NCBI GenBank assembly: GCA_021650915.1
Contig: CP091279.1
Span: forward strand, 2,310,001 to 2,342,000
Direction: 5' to 3'
DNA length: 32,000 nucleotides
DNA from: Candidatus Brocadia sp.
GTDB taxonomy: Bacteria > Planctomycetota > Brocadiia > Brocadiales > Brocadiaceae
The position numbers were made by a program, and so were the translations under genes. Positions 7,871 to 16,795 of the stretch are shown here, in pieces. How positions within the stretch are numbered: the stretch's first letter is position 1; every line of letters begins with the position of its first letter. The notes below the pieces were generated by a model that was not told the DNA's origin, made no database searches, and saw only the letters and a program-made list of their open reading frames with translations.

Positions 7871-8196
7871 AGAAAGGCTCCTCATATCAGGTATGGCTTT
7901 AAAAACGACATTTTCTTTCACCTTCATACCACATTTGCCGTTCTCTGTCAAGAGTTCTTGGCACGTTCTCCAAGCACGAGATTAAACCAAGAGGGGCGCT
8001 GCTTTATCAGAAAGGGGACCTCATGGTAAATTTGCCTTGCAATTTTTCCCTGGTTGGTATAATTTAACCATGGAAGATTGTGAACTCCGGATGGTAAGGA
8101 TACGTTGCTGTTACAGTGTATAATGGCCCATGCAGTTTTTATTTCTGCTGAAGCATCCTGCCGAATTTTTTAATAATCTGATACGAACGTTTTCTT

Positions 8197-9210
8197 ATGA
8201 CCTTTGCTATTGAAAACCTCAAAGAATCCGATGCAGAAGCAACGGTAGCCCTCTTCCGCCACATTATTGACGAATTGCACGCCAGGAGCCTTGAGGTTGA
8301 ACGCCTGCACTTTAAGGACATGTACCCTGCGGAAGACGTGAAGAAGCGGCTTGGCGATCAAGACTGTATCTATCTTGTAGGCAAAGAGGGAGATACCGTT
8401 GTGTCTTTTCTGTTTGCCTGGATTTCCAATGGCGTGGGCAATATTCACTGGATAGGTGTGGCGCCGGAACACCGGAAAAAAGGTTACGGAGACAAGCTCC
8501 TGGAAGAAGCCATAAAGAGATTTACCGAAAAGGGTTGTTATGAGGCCAAGCTGTTTACGTACCCGGCAGAAAAGGCAGCGAATGATCTTTTTCAAAAACA
8601 CGGATTCAAGGAAACGGCTTTTGTTGACAGCAGGTTCTTTGGGGTCAATATTATCCTCATGGTACGCAAGATTACCTCCGTTCCCGAAGAACATCGTTCA
8701 AAAAAAATCGTCCTGGCGGGTGAGGCGGGGCAGGGGATAAAGCTCATGGCGCATGCCCTGGCCAATATCCTCGCTAAATTAGGGAAAGAGGTGGCGCTCA
8801 ATCTCGTTTATGATGCAGCGGTGCGCGGGGGCAATATTCATGCGGAAATTGTTTATTCTGACGCTCCCATTGACGTTCCCTTTTTTGAAGAGGCCGATAT
8901 CGGTCTCCAGCTCTCGAAGACACTCAATCTTGCAATCCGGGCAAAGCATATGCTCATTGAATCTTCTGCCTGTGATGCAGAGTGCAAAAGGTGTGAGATT
9001 AAATGTCCCGCGAGCGACCGTATTCCCTTTGAAAAACTTGCGGTAGAACAATTTAGTAGCCCTATCTTTGTCAACATGATTGCCCTGGGCAGACTCTTAA
9101 GCAAGATTGGTATTAATATCGAGACAGTAAATTTCGCCTCAGAATTTCCCTCGCAGTTTCTCAATGAAAATATAGAAGCAATCCGCTATGGGTATACGTA
9201 CAAGGATTAG
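8197..9210 (+). CDS. fusion protein: GNAT-family N-acetyltransferase domain + 2-oxoacid:ferredoxin oxidoreductase gamma-like domain carrying a CX3CX2CX3CP motif
   Basis: Residues ~1-158 are GNAT-like: IHWIGVAPEHRKKGYGDKLLEEA (the Q/RxxGxG/A acetyl-CoA loop) and DLFQKHGFKE. Residues ~170-337 resemble the OFOR gamma subunit: KIVLAGEAGQGIKLMAHALA, YDAAVRGGN, FVNMIALGRLL; compare korG in this window (LAGFGGQGMMLLGKLLA, YGTEVRGGT, VSNIVMLGAYL). A Cys motif ACDAECKRCEIKCP is encoded at 8971-9009. Confidence 0.7.
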   Translation: MTFAIENLKESDAEATVALFRHIIDELHARSLEVERLHFKDMYPAEDVKKRLGDQDCIYLVGKEGDTVVSFLFAWISNGVGNIHWIGVAPEHRKKGYGDKLLEEAIKRFTEKGCYEAKLFTYPAEKAANDLFQKHGFKETAFVDSRFFGVNIILMVRKITSVPEEHRSKKIVLAGEAGQGIKLMAHALANILAKLGKEVALNLVYDAAVRGGNIHAEIVYSDAPIDVPFFEEADIGLQLSKTLNLAIRAKHMLIESSACDAECKRCEIKCPASDRIPFEKLAVEQFSSPIFVNMIALGRLLSKIGINIETVNFASEFPSQFLNENIEAIRYGYTYKD

Positions 9211-10045
9211 TGCAGGGGAAATCGCGGACAAGGTGTATCAACTGTGCATGGATGCCAACTTCCGTTTGTCTGGCGATATGCTTGGCGCATTGAAAAACGC
9301 CTATGCGGCGGAAGTCTCCCCCGTTGCGAAGGAGGTATTTGCAGATTTATTAGAAAATGCAAAGATTGCGCTCGAGTGCCAGATGCCGCTCTGCCAGGAC
9401 ACCGGGGTTGCCGTTGTCTTTGTTGAGTTGGGAGAGGACGTGGAGATCACCGGCGGCCGCCTCCATGATGCAATTCACGACGGGATGCGCAAGGGGTACA
9501 AGGAGGGTTATTTGAGAAAATCGATGGTTGCAAATCCTCTTAAGCGCGTCAACACAGGTGATAATACCCCTGCCATTATCCATACTGAACTTATTCCCGG
9601 AAGTCATGTTAGGATTACGTTTATGGCAAAAGGCGGAGGCTGCGAAAACATGAGCCGGATTGCCATGCTGACTCCTGCAGACGGCCGGGAAGGGGTAGTA
9701 AATTTCGTCGTGGAAACGGTAAGAATAGCGAAGGCGAATCCCTGCCCGCCCATCATTGTGGGTGTCGGGATCGGTGGCACCTTTGATCATGCAGCACTCA
9801 TAGCCAAAAAGTCACTCCTGAGACCTTTGGGGACAAAACACGACGACCCTGACACTGCAGACCTGGAAAAGGAGATGCTGGAACGGGTAAACGACCTGGG
9901 AATTGGTGCTCAGGGGCTAGGTGGCAGGATCACCGCTCTTGGGGTTCACGTGGAATGGTCTCCCTGCCACATTGCTAGCCTCCCTGTGGCTGTGAATATC
10001 GAGTGTCACGCACACCGGGTCAGGACGGCGGTGTTGGGTATTTGA
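9188..10045 (+). CDS. class I (Fe-S) fumarate hydratase / L(+)-tartrate dehydratase, alpha (N-terminal-domain) subunit
   Basis: 285 aa with PLCQDTG, the Fe-S hydro-lyase Cys pattern, and GVGIGGT. The start overlaps the upstream gene by 23 nt. Fumarase and tartrate dehydratase cannot be told apart by eye. Confidence 0.85.
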   Translation: MGIRTRISAGEIADKVYQLCMDANFRLSGDMLGALKNAYAAEVSPVAKEVFADLLENAKIALECQMPLCQDTGVAVVFVELGEDVEITGGRLHDAIHDGMRKGYKEGYLRKSMVANPLKRVNTGDNTPAIIHTELIPGSHVRITFMAKGGGCENMSRIAMLTPADGREGVVNFVVETVRIAKANPCPPIIVGVGIGGTFDHAALIAKKSLLRPLGTKHDDPDTADLEKEMLERVNDLGIGAQGLGGRITALGVHVEWSPCHIASLPVAVNIECHAHRVRTAVLGI

Positions 10046-10119
10046 ACTTTTGTTGGCAAAATTCACAGAAAATGCGTTTTGTTGAATGGTTAAATGGCTA
10101 GATTGTTGAATGGTTTATT

Positions 10120-10497
10120 ATGGAGAAAATATTTTTACGATTAAATGATGTACAGCCATACAAGACAGCATTTAATCTGAGCAACTTTGTTTGAGAAATT
10201 GTTACAAAATGGGATTATTTTACAAAAGATACTGTTGGCAAACAATTTGTAAGGGCAGTTGATTCTATTTCGGCAAATATCGCTGAGGGATTTAGCAGAT
10301 ATTTTAAGAAAGACAAAATAAATTTTTATCGATACGGCAACGGGTCAATAAAAGAATCATTTGATTGGAATGAAAAAGCTGAAGTTAGAAATCTTATAAA
10401 TAAAGATGAATATCAATATATTTTTAATGAGTTGCAAAAATTACCAAAAGAAATCAACCAATTGGTCAAAACAACTAACACCAAGTTAGGAAAATAA
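10120..10497 (+). pseudogene. four-helix-bundle protein (23S rRNA intervening-sequence protein / Avd-like family) with an in-frame TGA
   Basis: Manual translation gives MEKIFLRLNDVQPYKTAFNLSNFV*EIVTKWDYFTKDTVGKQFVRAVDSISANIAEGFSRYFKKDKINFYRYGNGSIKESFDWNEKAEVRNLI...LGK*. The family signature Q..RA..SI.ANIAEG..R....D...F...A.GS..E is present. TGA lies at 10192-10194. The ORF is missing from the track because no Met follows the stop. The region is visibly AT-rich compared with its flanks. Confidence 0.75.
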
Positions 10498-10540
10498 CCA
10501 TAAAGCCATGTAATCATGTAGCCATGTAGCCATTCATTTT

Positions 10541-11098
10541 ATGTCAAATATAATTCATGCAAAAACCCCTTTAACTGACGATACCATTGCACACCTCAGG
10601 ATAGGTAACAGGGTGCTGATAACCGGGATTATCTACACAGCGAGAGATGCAGCTCATAAACGGCTTGTTGAGCTTGCCGATCAGGGGAAGGAGTTGCCCT
10701 TTGATGTGCAGAATCAGATCATATATTACGTGGGGCCAAGCCCGGCACGGCCTGGGAGGCCTATCGGGTCGTGCGGTCCCACCACGAGCTACCGGATGGA
10801 TGTCTATACCCCCACGCTGCTGGCAATGGGCCTGAAGGCCACTATCGGCAAGGGAAATCGCTCCGAGAGGGTCATTGAGGCAATGAAACGGTATAAGGCG
10901 GTCTATTTTGTCGCAACCGGCGGCGCTGCTGCCTTATTGGCAAAGAGGGTAAAAAAGGCAGAGGTTATTGCCTACCACGACCTGGGGGCTGAGGCAATCA
11001 TGCGGCTTGAAGTGGAAGATTTTCCCGTCGTCGTTGCCAACGACATATACGGAAATGATTTATACAGCGAGGGAATGGCTAAGTATCAAAATGGATAA
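10541..11098 (+). CDS. class I fumarate hydratase / tartrate dehydratase, beta (C-terminal-domain) subunit
   Basis: 185 aa with GNRVLITGIIYTARDAAHKRL, YYVGPSPARPG, GPTTSYRMD, GKG.R and VYFVATGGAAAL, typical of the beta-type catalytic domain. Confidence 0.85.
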   Translation: MSNIIHAKTPLTDDTIAHLRIGNRVLITGIIYTARDAAHKRLVELADQGKELPFDVQNQIIYYVGPSPARPGRPIGSCGPTTSYRMDVYTPTLLAMGLKATIGKGNRSERVIEAMKRYKAVYFVATGGAAALLAKRVKKAEVIAYHDLGAEAIMRLEVEDFPVVVANDIYGNDLYSEGMAKYQNG

Positions 11099-11220
11099 TT
11101 CGTAATGCGGCAAAAACCGCAACACGGACAAACAGAGTTTATCCGTGCCACCTTCTGTATAATTCACCTTTTGGGTGTGTGCTCCGTATCATTTTAAGCC
11201 TCTTCTGATTAAATACGCTT

Positions 11221-12327
11221 ATGCAAATTCAAAGGGCATGGTTAACATGGATTATAATCGCCTGTGGTTTGGCTGTTGGTATTCCGTTGGCCACCATCCT
11301 GATTCTTCCGTCATTCATTTCTGAGGATTTTTTGCAGCAGGAGGTTGCCCGGACGATAAAAGAGCGTTTCGAGCCTGTCCGGCAGATCGGGAGGGTTTCT
11401 TTTCATTGGCCAAACAAGGTAGCAATCTCCTCCCTCACGATCCAAAGAGAGGATCGGAGGCCGGAAGCCCAAATACTCCTTGAGAATATTCAGGGCACGC
11501 TTCAGTTGCTCCCGGCGCTGTGGAAAGAGATTGCTGTGAAAAAAATTGATATCCGACAGATGAACTATGAAAACCGGTTGCTGGTGGAAGATCTTGTGAC
11601 CGATACCTTTTCTTTCAAAAAGGGCGTTCTTACTATCCACGCCCGTTTCAAGGCGAATGATGGCCCCGCTGCCGTACGGGGGGTAATTGACCTCCACCAG
11701 AAAAGACCGGTATTTGACCTTACGTTCGAAGCAAAGGGAATGCAGCTGACCCGGGACATCCCTGTTATCAGTCTCATACCTATCTTTGTAGTAAAGGAGG
11801 GCGATATCGGAGGCGTGTTGAGTTTGAGCGGCTCTCTGCAGGGCAATGGAATGGGCCGGGACATCCTTAATAAAGAGCTTACCGCCACGGTCAACTTCAC
11901 CGTGCAGGACGGCTATATCCAGGGCAACAAGGTCTTGTCATCTCTGTTAGAAATGCTTGGCGAACCGGACCGGTACTCATTTGACTCTCTCGACGCGGTA
12001 GTCAGGATCAAAGACGGTAAGATTTTCACACAAAAGATGGAAATGCAGGGCCCGCTGGCGAAGATCACGGCATCGGGTACGGCCGAGTTTGAAGGTGCAA
12101 TCTCGTACGATGCCCAGGTTCAATTTCACAAAGAACGGATGGGAACGGGTATTGAAAAAATTGCAGGGCTTGTTTTGGAACACCAGACCTTGCCCATAGA
12201 AATACGGGGCACGACCAAAGACCCAAAGGTTGCGGTGAAACTGAACAAAGAGAACCTGGAGCACCTCTTCAAAGGCTTAGTGAATGATTTTTTACACAAA
12301 CCAAAAAAGGAGAAGAAACAGAACTAA
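11221..12327 (+). CDS. AsmA-family / AsmA-like C-terminal-domain protein (envelope biogenesis)
   Basis: N-terminal transmembrane anchor (WLTWIIIACGLAVGIPLATILILP). C-terminal AsmA-like pattern: FTVQDGYIQGNK...VRIKDGKIFTQKMEMQGPLAKITASGTAEFEGAISYDAQVQF. Shorter than E. coli AsmA. Confidence 0.5.
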   Translation: MQIQRAWLTWIIIACGLAVGIPLATILILPSFISEDFLQQEVARTIKERFEPVRQIGRVSFHWPNKVAISSLTIQREDRRPEAQILLENIQGTLQLLPALWKEIAVKKIDIRQMNYENRLLVEDLVTDTFSFKKGVLTIHARFKANDGPAAVRGVIDLHQKRPVFDLTFEAKGMQLTRDIPVISLIPIFVVKEGDIGGVLSLSGSLQGNGMGRDILNKELTATVNFTVQDGYIQGNKVLSSLLEMLGEPDRYSFDSLDAVVRIKDGKIFTQKMEMQGPLAKITASGTAEFEGAISYDAQVQFHKERMGTGIEKIAGLVLEHQTLPIEIRGTTKDPKVAVKLNKENLEHLFKGLVNDFLHKPKKEKKQN

Positions 12328-12329
12328 CT

Positions 12330-12896
12330 ATGCATTGGATTGATTACACCATTTTCGGCGTCTTATTTTTCGCAATGGTCATGGGCATTACCAGCGGTCC
12401 GCTGCTTCAACTGCTCAGGATCGGCAGTCTGTTCATTTCTTTCTTTGCAGCACTGCTTTTTTACGACATCCTGAGCAATTTTCTGAAAGGCATTTTTACC
12501 GTTTCCACTGCAGGATTGCTGGGTTACCTCATTATCTTTGGAATTGCATGTATCGCTACCTATCTTATCACCGATCTGATAAAAAAGCTCATCGGCAAAG
12601 GGGAGATGGGGATGGGGGCAAGATTGCTTGGCGGCATCTTGGGGATTCTCAAAGGCCTTGTCTTTTCCGGTGTAATTATCCATGGCGTCCTCTCATTTTG
12701 CAGCACCACAACCTGTAACACGGTGCACACCTCAAAAGTTGCGACACACATCGGGAAGGGTATGCAGAAGATCATTGCCGTCATTCCCGAAAATATTTCA
12801 AAAAAAATCAGGGACTATGCAGACAGTATCAGAAAAGGAGATGCCCAGGAGGATAGTGGGCAGGATAAGAACAAAGATTTTAAATCGTCGTTGTAA
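12330..12896 (+). CDS. cvpA: CvpA-family membrane protein
   Basis: N-terminus MHWIDYTIFGVLFFAMVMGITSG..LQLLRIGSLFISFFAA and four predicted TM helices, with a hydrophilic tail, as in CvpA (colicin V production) proteins. The start lies 2 nt after the upstream stop. Confidence 0.65.
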   Translation: MHWIDYTIFGVLFFAMVMGITSGPLLQLLRIGSLFISFFAALLFYDILSNFLKGIFTVSTAGLLGYLIIFGIACIATYLITDLIKKLIGKGEMGMGARLLGGILGILKGLVFSGVIIHGVLSFCSTTTCNTVHTSKVATHIGKGMQKIIAVIPENISKKIRDYADSIRKGDAQEDSGQDKNKDFKSSL

Positions 12897-13070
12897 GAAA
12901 AGGAGGTGAGGAATACGCTGCGCTCAGCTACTCTTGACAACGGCACCCACAGTGATTTGGGTATCAACACCGGGTTTCGTTCATCAAGGATTTTTCAACC
13001 TTTGAACCGTACATCCTTACCTTTTTTCTTTTTAAACAAGAAGTTTTTTGTGTAATTATCTCCCAATTTA

Positions 13071-13098
13071 TTGACAATATTAAAATTAATGATATAAT
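13071..13098 (+). promoter_or_regulatory. sigma-70 type promoter upstream of dnaG
   Basis: TTGACA (13071-13076), a 16-nt AT-rich spacer, then TATAAT (13093-13098), ending 47 nt upstream of the dnaG ATG. Both hexamers are perfect consensus. Confidence 0.55.
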
Positions 13099-13144
13099 TT
13101 TAAGGTTTATATATTATTCTATATCATTTATCCCTTCCAGCGGA

Positions 13145-14941
13145 ATGGCAAATTTTATCCCACAAGAAAAGATTGCAGAGATACAACTTGCCTCAGATAT
13201 TGTTCACGTCATATCAGAGTATGTCAGCTTAAAGCAAAGCGGAAAAAATTTTCTTGGTCTCTGCCCCTTTCATTCCGAAAAAACCCCTTCATTTACGGTA
13301 AATCCGGAAAAGAAGCTCTTTAAGTGTTTTGGCTGCAATGAAGGCGGAACAGTTTTTAACTTTATCATGAAACAGGAAGGCATGGATTTTGTCGATGCGG
13401 TCAAGTTCGTTGCCTCCAAATCCCATATCGACCTTTCTCATCTGGATAGCATCAGGAAGCCTTCTCTTTCAACTACAGAGAAGGCGAGTCTATTCAATAT
13501 AACCAATTTGGCAGCAAGATTTTATAACAAAATATTAATCGACAGTGAACAGGCAAGAGCAGCACGAGAGTATCTAAAGAAAAGGCAGATTAACGATGAG
13601 TCGATGAAAAATTTTTGTCTCGGCTACGCGCCCGACAGATGGGATGCGCTATTACGGGTGTGTCATGGACGTAACATTTCAAAGAACCTCTTGGAGAAGG
13701 CTGGGTTGGCGATACCCAAAAAAGAGGGGAATGGCTATTATGACCGTTTTCGGAACCGGCTGATGTTCCCTATCTTAGACTCACGGAAGAATGTGCTCGG
13801 TTTTGGTGGAAGGGCGCTGGATGATTCACAGCCCAAATATCTCAACTCACCGGAAACTATCCTCTTTAACAAAAGCCAGATCCTTTATGGCATCGATATC
13901 GCAAAAAATGCCATTGTAAAAGAGCGTAAAGTGATCCTCATGGAGGGCTACACGGATGTCATCATGGCACACCAGCATGGCATAGCATGGTCGGTCGCCG
14001 TCATGGGAACGGCCATTTCGCGTCACCATTTGCGGCTTTTACGGCAATATTGTAACCAGGTGATCCTTCTTCTGGATTCAGACCTTGCGGGATGGAAATC
14101 TTCTGACAGGAATCTGGACATCTTTATTGAAGAAGAATTTGATGTGAAAATTGCGCAACTCCCCAAGGATTACGACCCGTGCGATTTCCTTGTGGAAGAG
14201 GGTGCAGACAAATTTCTGGCGCGTATTCATCATGCAAAAGATTTTTTTAGTTTTAAGATCGAAACGGCCTCATCAAAATGGGACACGGCAACGATTCAGG
14301 GAAAGGCAAACGCCATAAACGACGTTCTTTCAACGGCAATGAAGATGCCGGATATTATCAAACGCAATTTGCTGATTAAGTGGATTGCGGAACAGATGTC
14401 TATTGATGAAGCATCCCTGCGTATCCAATTGAAAAAATTCAATAAACCCGCCGCTTCCACAAACGAGAAACCGACGGTTCAGCAACGATTAGACGCTTCG
14501 TTCACCGCTGAGCGTGAGCTTTTGCATCTGATGTTGTCCTGCAATGAACTTATTCCCAAAGTCATGCAGGAAATCGGTCTTGAGGAGTTTCATAACCGGG
14601 ATCTTTTTGCAATCGCCGGAAAGACCGTTGAATTATACCGGAAAAATACGGTTGTGAGGGAGGAAGACGTATTGCATGTCCTCGATGACGCACACCTGAA
14701 CAAAACACTGATGGATCTTGTAACAACAAAAGAATTTCAACAGGTTACCAATCAGGACAAACGACTGGAAGCATGCATTCATTTTTTTAAACGGCGGAAC
14801 AGCAAAAAAGAGCGCCGCCAGGCAAAGGAAAAAACGCTCAGAACCATGATGGCCAGCAGCAACGAAGAAGATATCCTTGTGTCGCTAAGCGAATTCCACC
14901 GGAAAAGCAAGGACATTCACATCCTGAAAAATAACCTGTGA
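13145..14941 (+). CDS. dnaG: DNA primase
   Basis: CHC2 zinc finger CPFHSEKTPSFTVNPEKKLFKCFGCNEGG, RNA-polymerase core (RFRNRLMFPI, GFGGRAL, KYLNSPET) and TOPRIM motifs (ILMEGYTDVI, LLLDSDLAG). Confidence 0.95.
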   Translation: MANFIPQEKIAEIQLASDIVHVISEYVSLKQSGKNFLGLCPFHSEKTPSFTVNPEKKLFKCFGCNEGGTVFNFIMKQEGMDFVDAVKFVASKSHIDLSHLDSIRKPSLSTTEKASLFNITNLAARFYNKILIDSEQARAAREYLKKRQINDESMKNFCLGYAPDRWDALLRVCHGRNISKNLLEKAGLAIPKKEGNGYYDRFRNRLMFPILDSRKNVLGFGGRALDDSQPKYLNSPETILFNKSQILYGIDIAKNAIVKERKVILMEGYTDVIMAHQHGIAWSVAVMGTAISRHHLRLLRQYCNQVILLLDSDLAGWKSSDRNLDIFIEEEFDVKIAQLPKDYDPCDFLVEEGADKFLARIHHAKDFFSFKIETASSKWDTATIQGKANAINDVLSTAMKMPDIIKRNLLIKWIAEQMSIDEASLRIQLKKFNKPAASTNEKPTVQQRLDASFTAERELLHLMLSCNELIPKVMQEIGLEEFHNRDLFAIAGKTVELYRKNTVVREEDVLHVLDDAHLNKTLMDLVTTKEFQQVTNQDKRLEACIHFFKRRNSKKERRQAKEKTLRTMMASSNEEDILVSLSEFHRKSKDIHILKNNL

Positions 14942-15056
14942 TGGCTTGTGGCCTTTACCCTATCGGATGTGAAACAGATTACGAAGAAACAAAAAGACCA
15001 GTATCGATCGTCTTTATTCGCATAAATTAACCTTGTTGAGGAGGTTTATCTTTTGT

Positions 15057-16709
15057 ATGGAGAGTTTAAACCAAAAAATCAAGCAGCTTGTACAAAAAGG
15101 CAAAGAAAAGGGCTATCTAACATACGAAGAGCTGAATGATATCCTGCCTGACGATGCGGATATTTCTCCCGAGAAGATTGATGATATCTTAATGATGCTG
15201 GATGAATTAGGCATCGATTTAATCGATGAAACTGAGATTGAAAGCCGCGATATTGTTGAGACAGAAGAGGGAGAACCATATCCCGAAGTCGATCTGGAAT
15301 TTGGTGAAGTTCCCACGATTACCGAAAAGATAGACGACCCGGTTCGCATGTACCTTACTCAAATGGGTGAAATTCCTCTGCTTACCCGCGATGAAGAGAT
15401 CATGCTTGCAAAAAAAATAGAAATTACCCGAAAGCGATTCCTGAAAAAGGTCATGCATTCCGATCTTTCCCTGACAACCTGCTTACGAATCTTAGAGGAT
15501 GTCAATAACGGAGAGCTGTCGTTCGACCGCACCCTGAAGGTAAATGCCATGGTCGACAATTGCAAGGACGAAATTTTAGAGCAGTTTCCGCGGAGCGCAA
15601 AACTCCTGAAATCCCTTCTCCAGAAAAACAAGGAAGATTATCTCAGGGCAAAACGGAAGCAAATTTCCAAAAAGGAAAAGATAAAGCTCCTCAGGACGAT
15701 CAGAAACAGAAGGCGAAAGGGAATCGATCTGCTTGAAGAAATCAACATTCGCACAAAACGAATCCAGCCCATGATGAAAAAACTCCAGGAGATCATTTTT
15801 GAAATGGAGATACTGGAAGACCAAATGTCTGAGTCGAAGCAGCGTACCCGTTCCAACGGACATTATAAAGAACTGGAATCACAATTCGCAAAACTGGAGG
15901 AACTGGTTCTGGAATCTTCCAGGAGTTTGAAACGGCGGGTAGATTCCGTGGAATGCATTTATCGGGAGCACGAAGCCGCCAAGAGAAAACTTTCTGGCGC
16001 GAATCTCCGGCTGGTCGTCAGCATTGCAAAAAAATACCGGAATCGCGGGCTGAGTTTTCTGGATTTGATTCAGGAAGGAAATACCGGTCTCATGCGGGCC
16101 GTTGATAAATATGAATACCGGCGGGGGTATAAATTCAGCACGTACGCTACCTGGTGGATACGTCAGGCAATTACCCGTTCCATTGCAGATCAGGCCAGAA
16201 CGATACGTATCCCGGTGCATATGATCGAGACAATGAGTAAAATAAGGAATGTTTCCAAGAAACTGCTGCAGGAAAAAGGCCGTGAGCCAACCATTGAAGA
16301 GATCTCACGAGAAGTGAAGATTACCGTGGGAGAAGCCCGGCGTGTCCTGAAAATATCCCGGCATCAAATCTCGCTGGATCGGCCTGTCGGCGAAAGCGAG
16401 GATAGCTCCTTCGGTGATTTTATCGAAGATGAAAAGGCGGAATCACCGGTATCTGCCGCAACCCAGGAGATGCTCAAGGATAAAATTGAAAGCGTCCTGG
16501 AAACGCTAACATACCGAGAGAGAGAGATCATCAAACTCCGGTACGGTATTGGCGACGGCTACACTTACACCCTTGAAGAGGTGGGCAAGATATTCAAAGT
16601 CACGCGGGAAAGGGTAAGGCAGATTGAGGCAAAGGCCGTGCGAAAATTACAGCATCCGATCAGAAGCCGGAAACTAGAAGGATTTTTGGATGGCATCAGC
16701 GCTGATTAG
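15057..16709 (+). CDS. rpoD: primary RNA polymerase sigma factor (sigma-70 / RpoD)
   Basis: Acidic region 1.1, region 1.2 [11 protein letters not shown], region 2 [59 protein letters not shown], region 3, and region 4.2 [28 protein letters not shown]. The track starts at TTG 15033; ATG 15057 follows GAGGAGG (15038-15044). Confidence 0.95.
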   Translation: MESLNQKIKQLVQKGKEKGYLTYEELNDILPDDADISPEKIDDILMMLDELGIDLIDETEIESRDIVETEEGEPYPEVDLEFGEVPTITEKIDDPVRMYLTQMGEIPLLTRDEEIMLAKKIEITRKRFLKKVMHSDLSLTTCLRILEDVNNGELSFDRTLKVNAMVDNCKDEILEQFPRSAKLLKSLLQKNKEDYLRAKRKQISKKEKIKLLRTIRNRRRKGIDLLEEINIRTKRIQPMMKKLQEIIFEMEILEDQMSESKQRTRSNGHYKELESQFAKLEELVLESSRSLKRRVDSVECIYREHEAAKRKLSGANLRLVVSIAKKYRNRGLSFLDLIQEGNTGLMRAVDKYEYRRGYKFSTYATWWIRQAITRSIADQARTIRIPVHMIETMSKIRNVSKKLLQEKGREPTIEEISREVKITVGEARRVLKISRHQISLDRPVGESEDSSFGDFIEDEKAESPVSAATQEMLKDKIESVLETLTYREREIIKLRYGIGDGYTYTLEEVGKIFKVTRERVRQIEAKAVRKLQHPIRSRKLEGFLDGISAD

Positions 16710-16795
16710 CCAGCGAAAGAGATATCAGGCGACTCCCTGGTAGCGATCCTGTTTCTCCTGGTTTTGTGTACAAATTTATTGTGTGAGAGGAATCT

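Noticed and set aside
7959-7976. Sigma-54 promoter (TGGCAC -24 element)
   Set aside because: TGGCACG is present, but the -12 position reads CCAA rather than TTGC. It also lies ~230 nt from the nearest + strand start.
7224-7985. 253-aa + strand ORF, with similar long shadow ORFs at 2901..3512 (+) and 8170..8694 (-)
   Set aside because: Each lies entirely antisense to a gene with strong family motifs (TonB-dependent receptor, intron RT, GNAT fusion). Their composition is low-complexity and shadow-like, and no start context is evident.
2667-10497. Diversity-generating retroelement (an RT plus an Avd-like four-helix-bundle gene in the same window)
   Set aside because: The RT motif 4 reads QGGVISP, the group II intron type, not the DGR-type xGxxxSQ. 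The RT carries a maturase X motif. The Avd-like gene lies 6 kb away on the other strand, inside an unrelated operon, and is a pseudogene. I saw no template/variable repeat pair.
8119-11163. Further promoter calls (TGTATAAT at 8117-8124 and at 11156-11163)
   Set aside because: These are good -10 boxes, but no convincing -35 sits at proper spacing. They are too weak to list as features.
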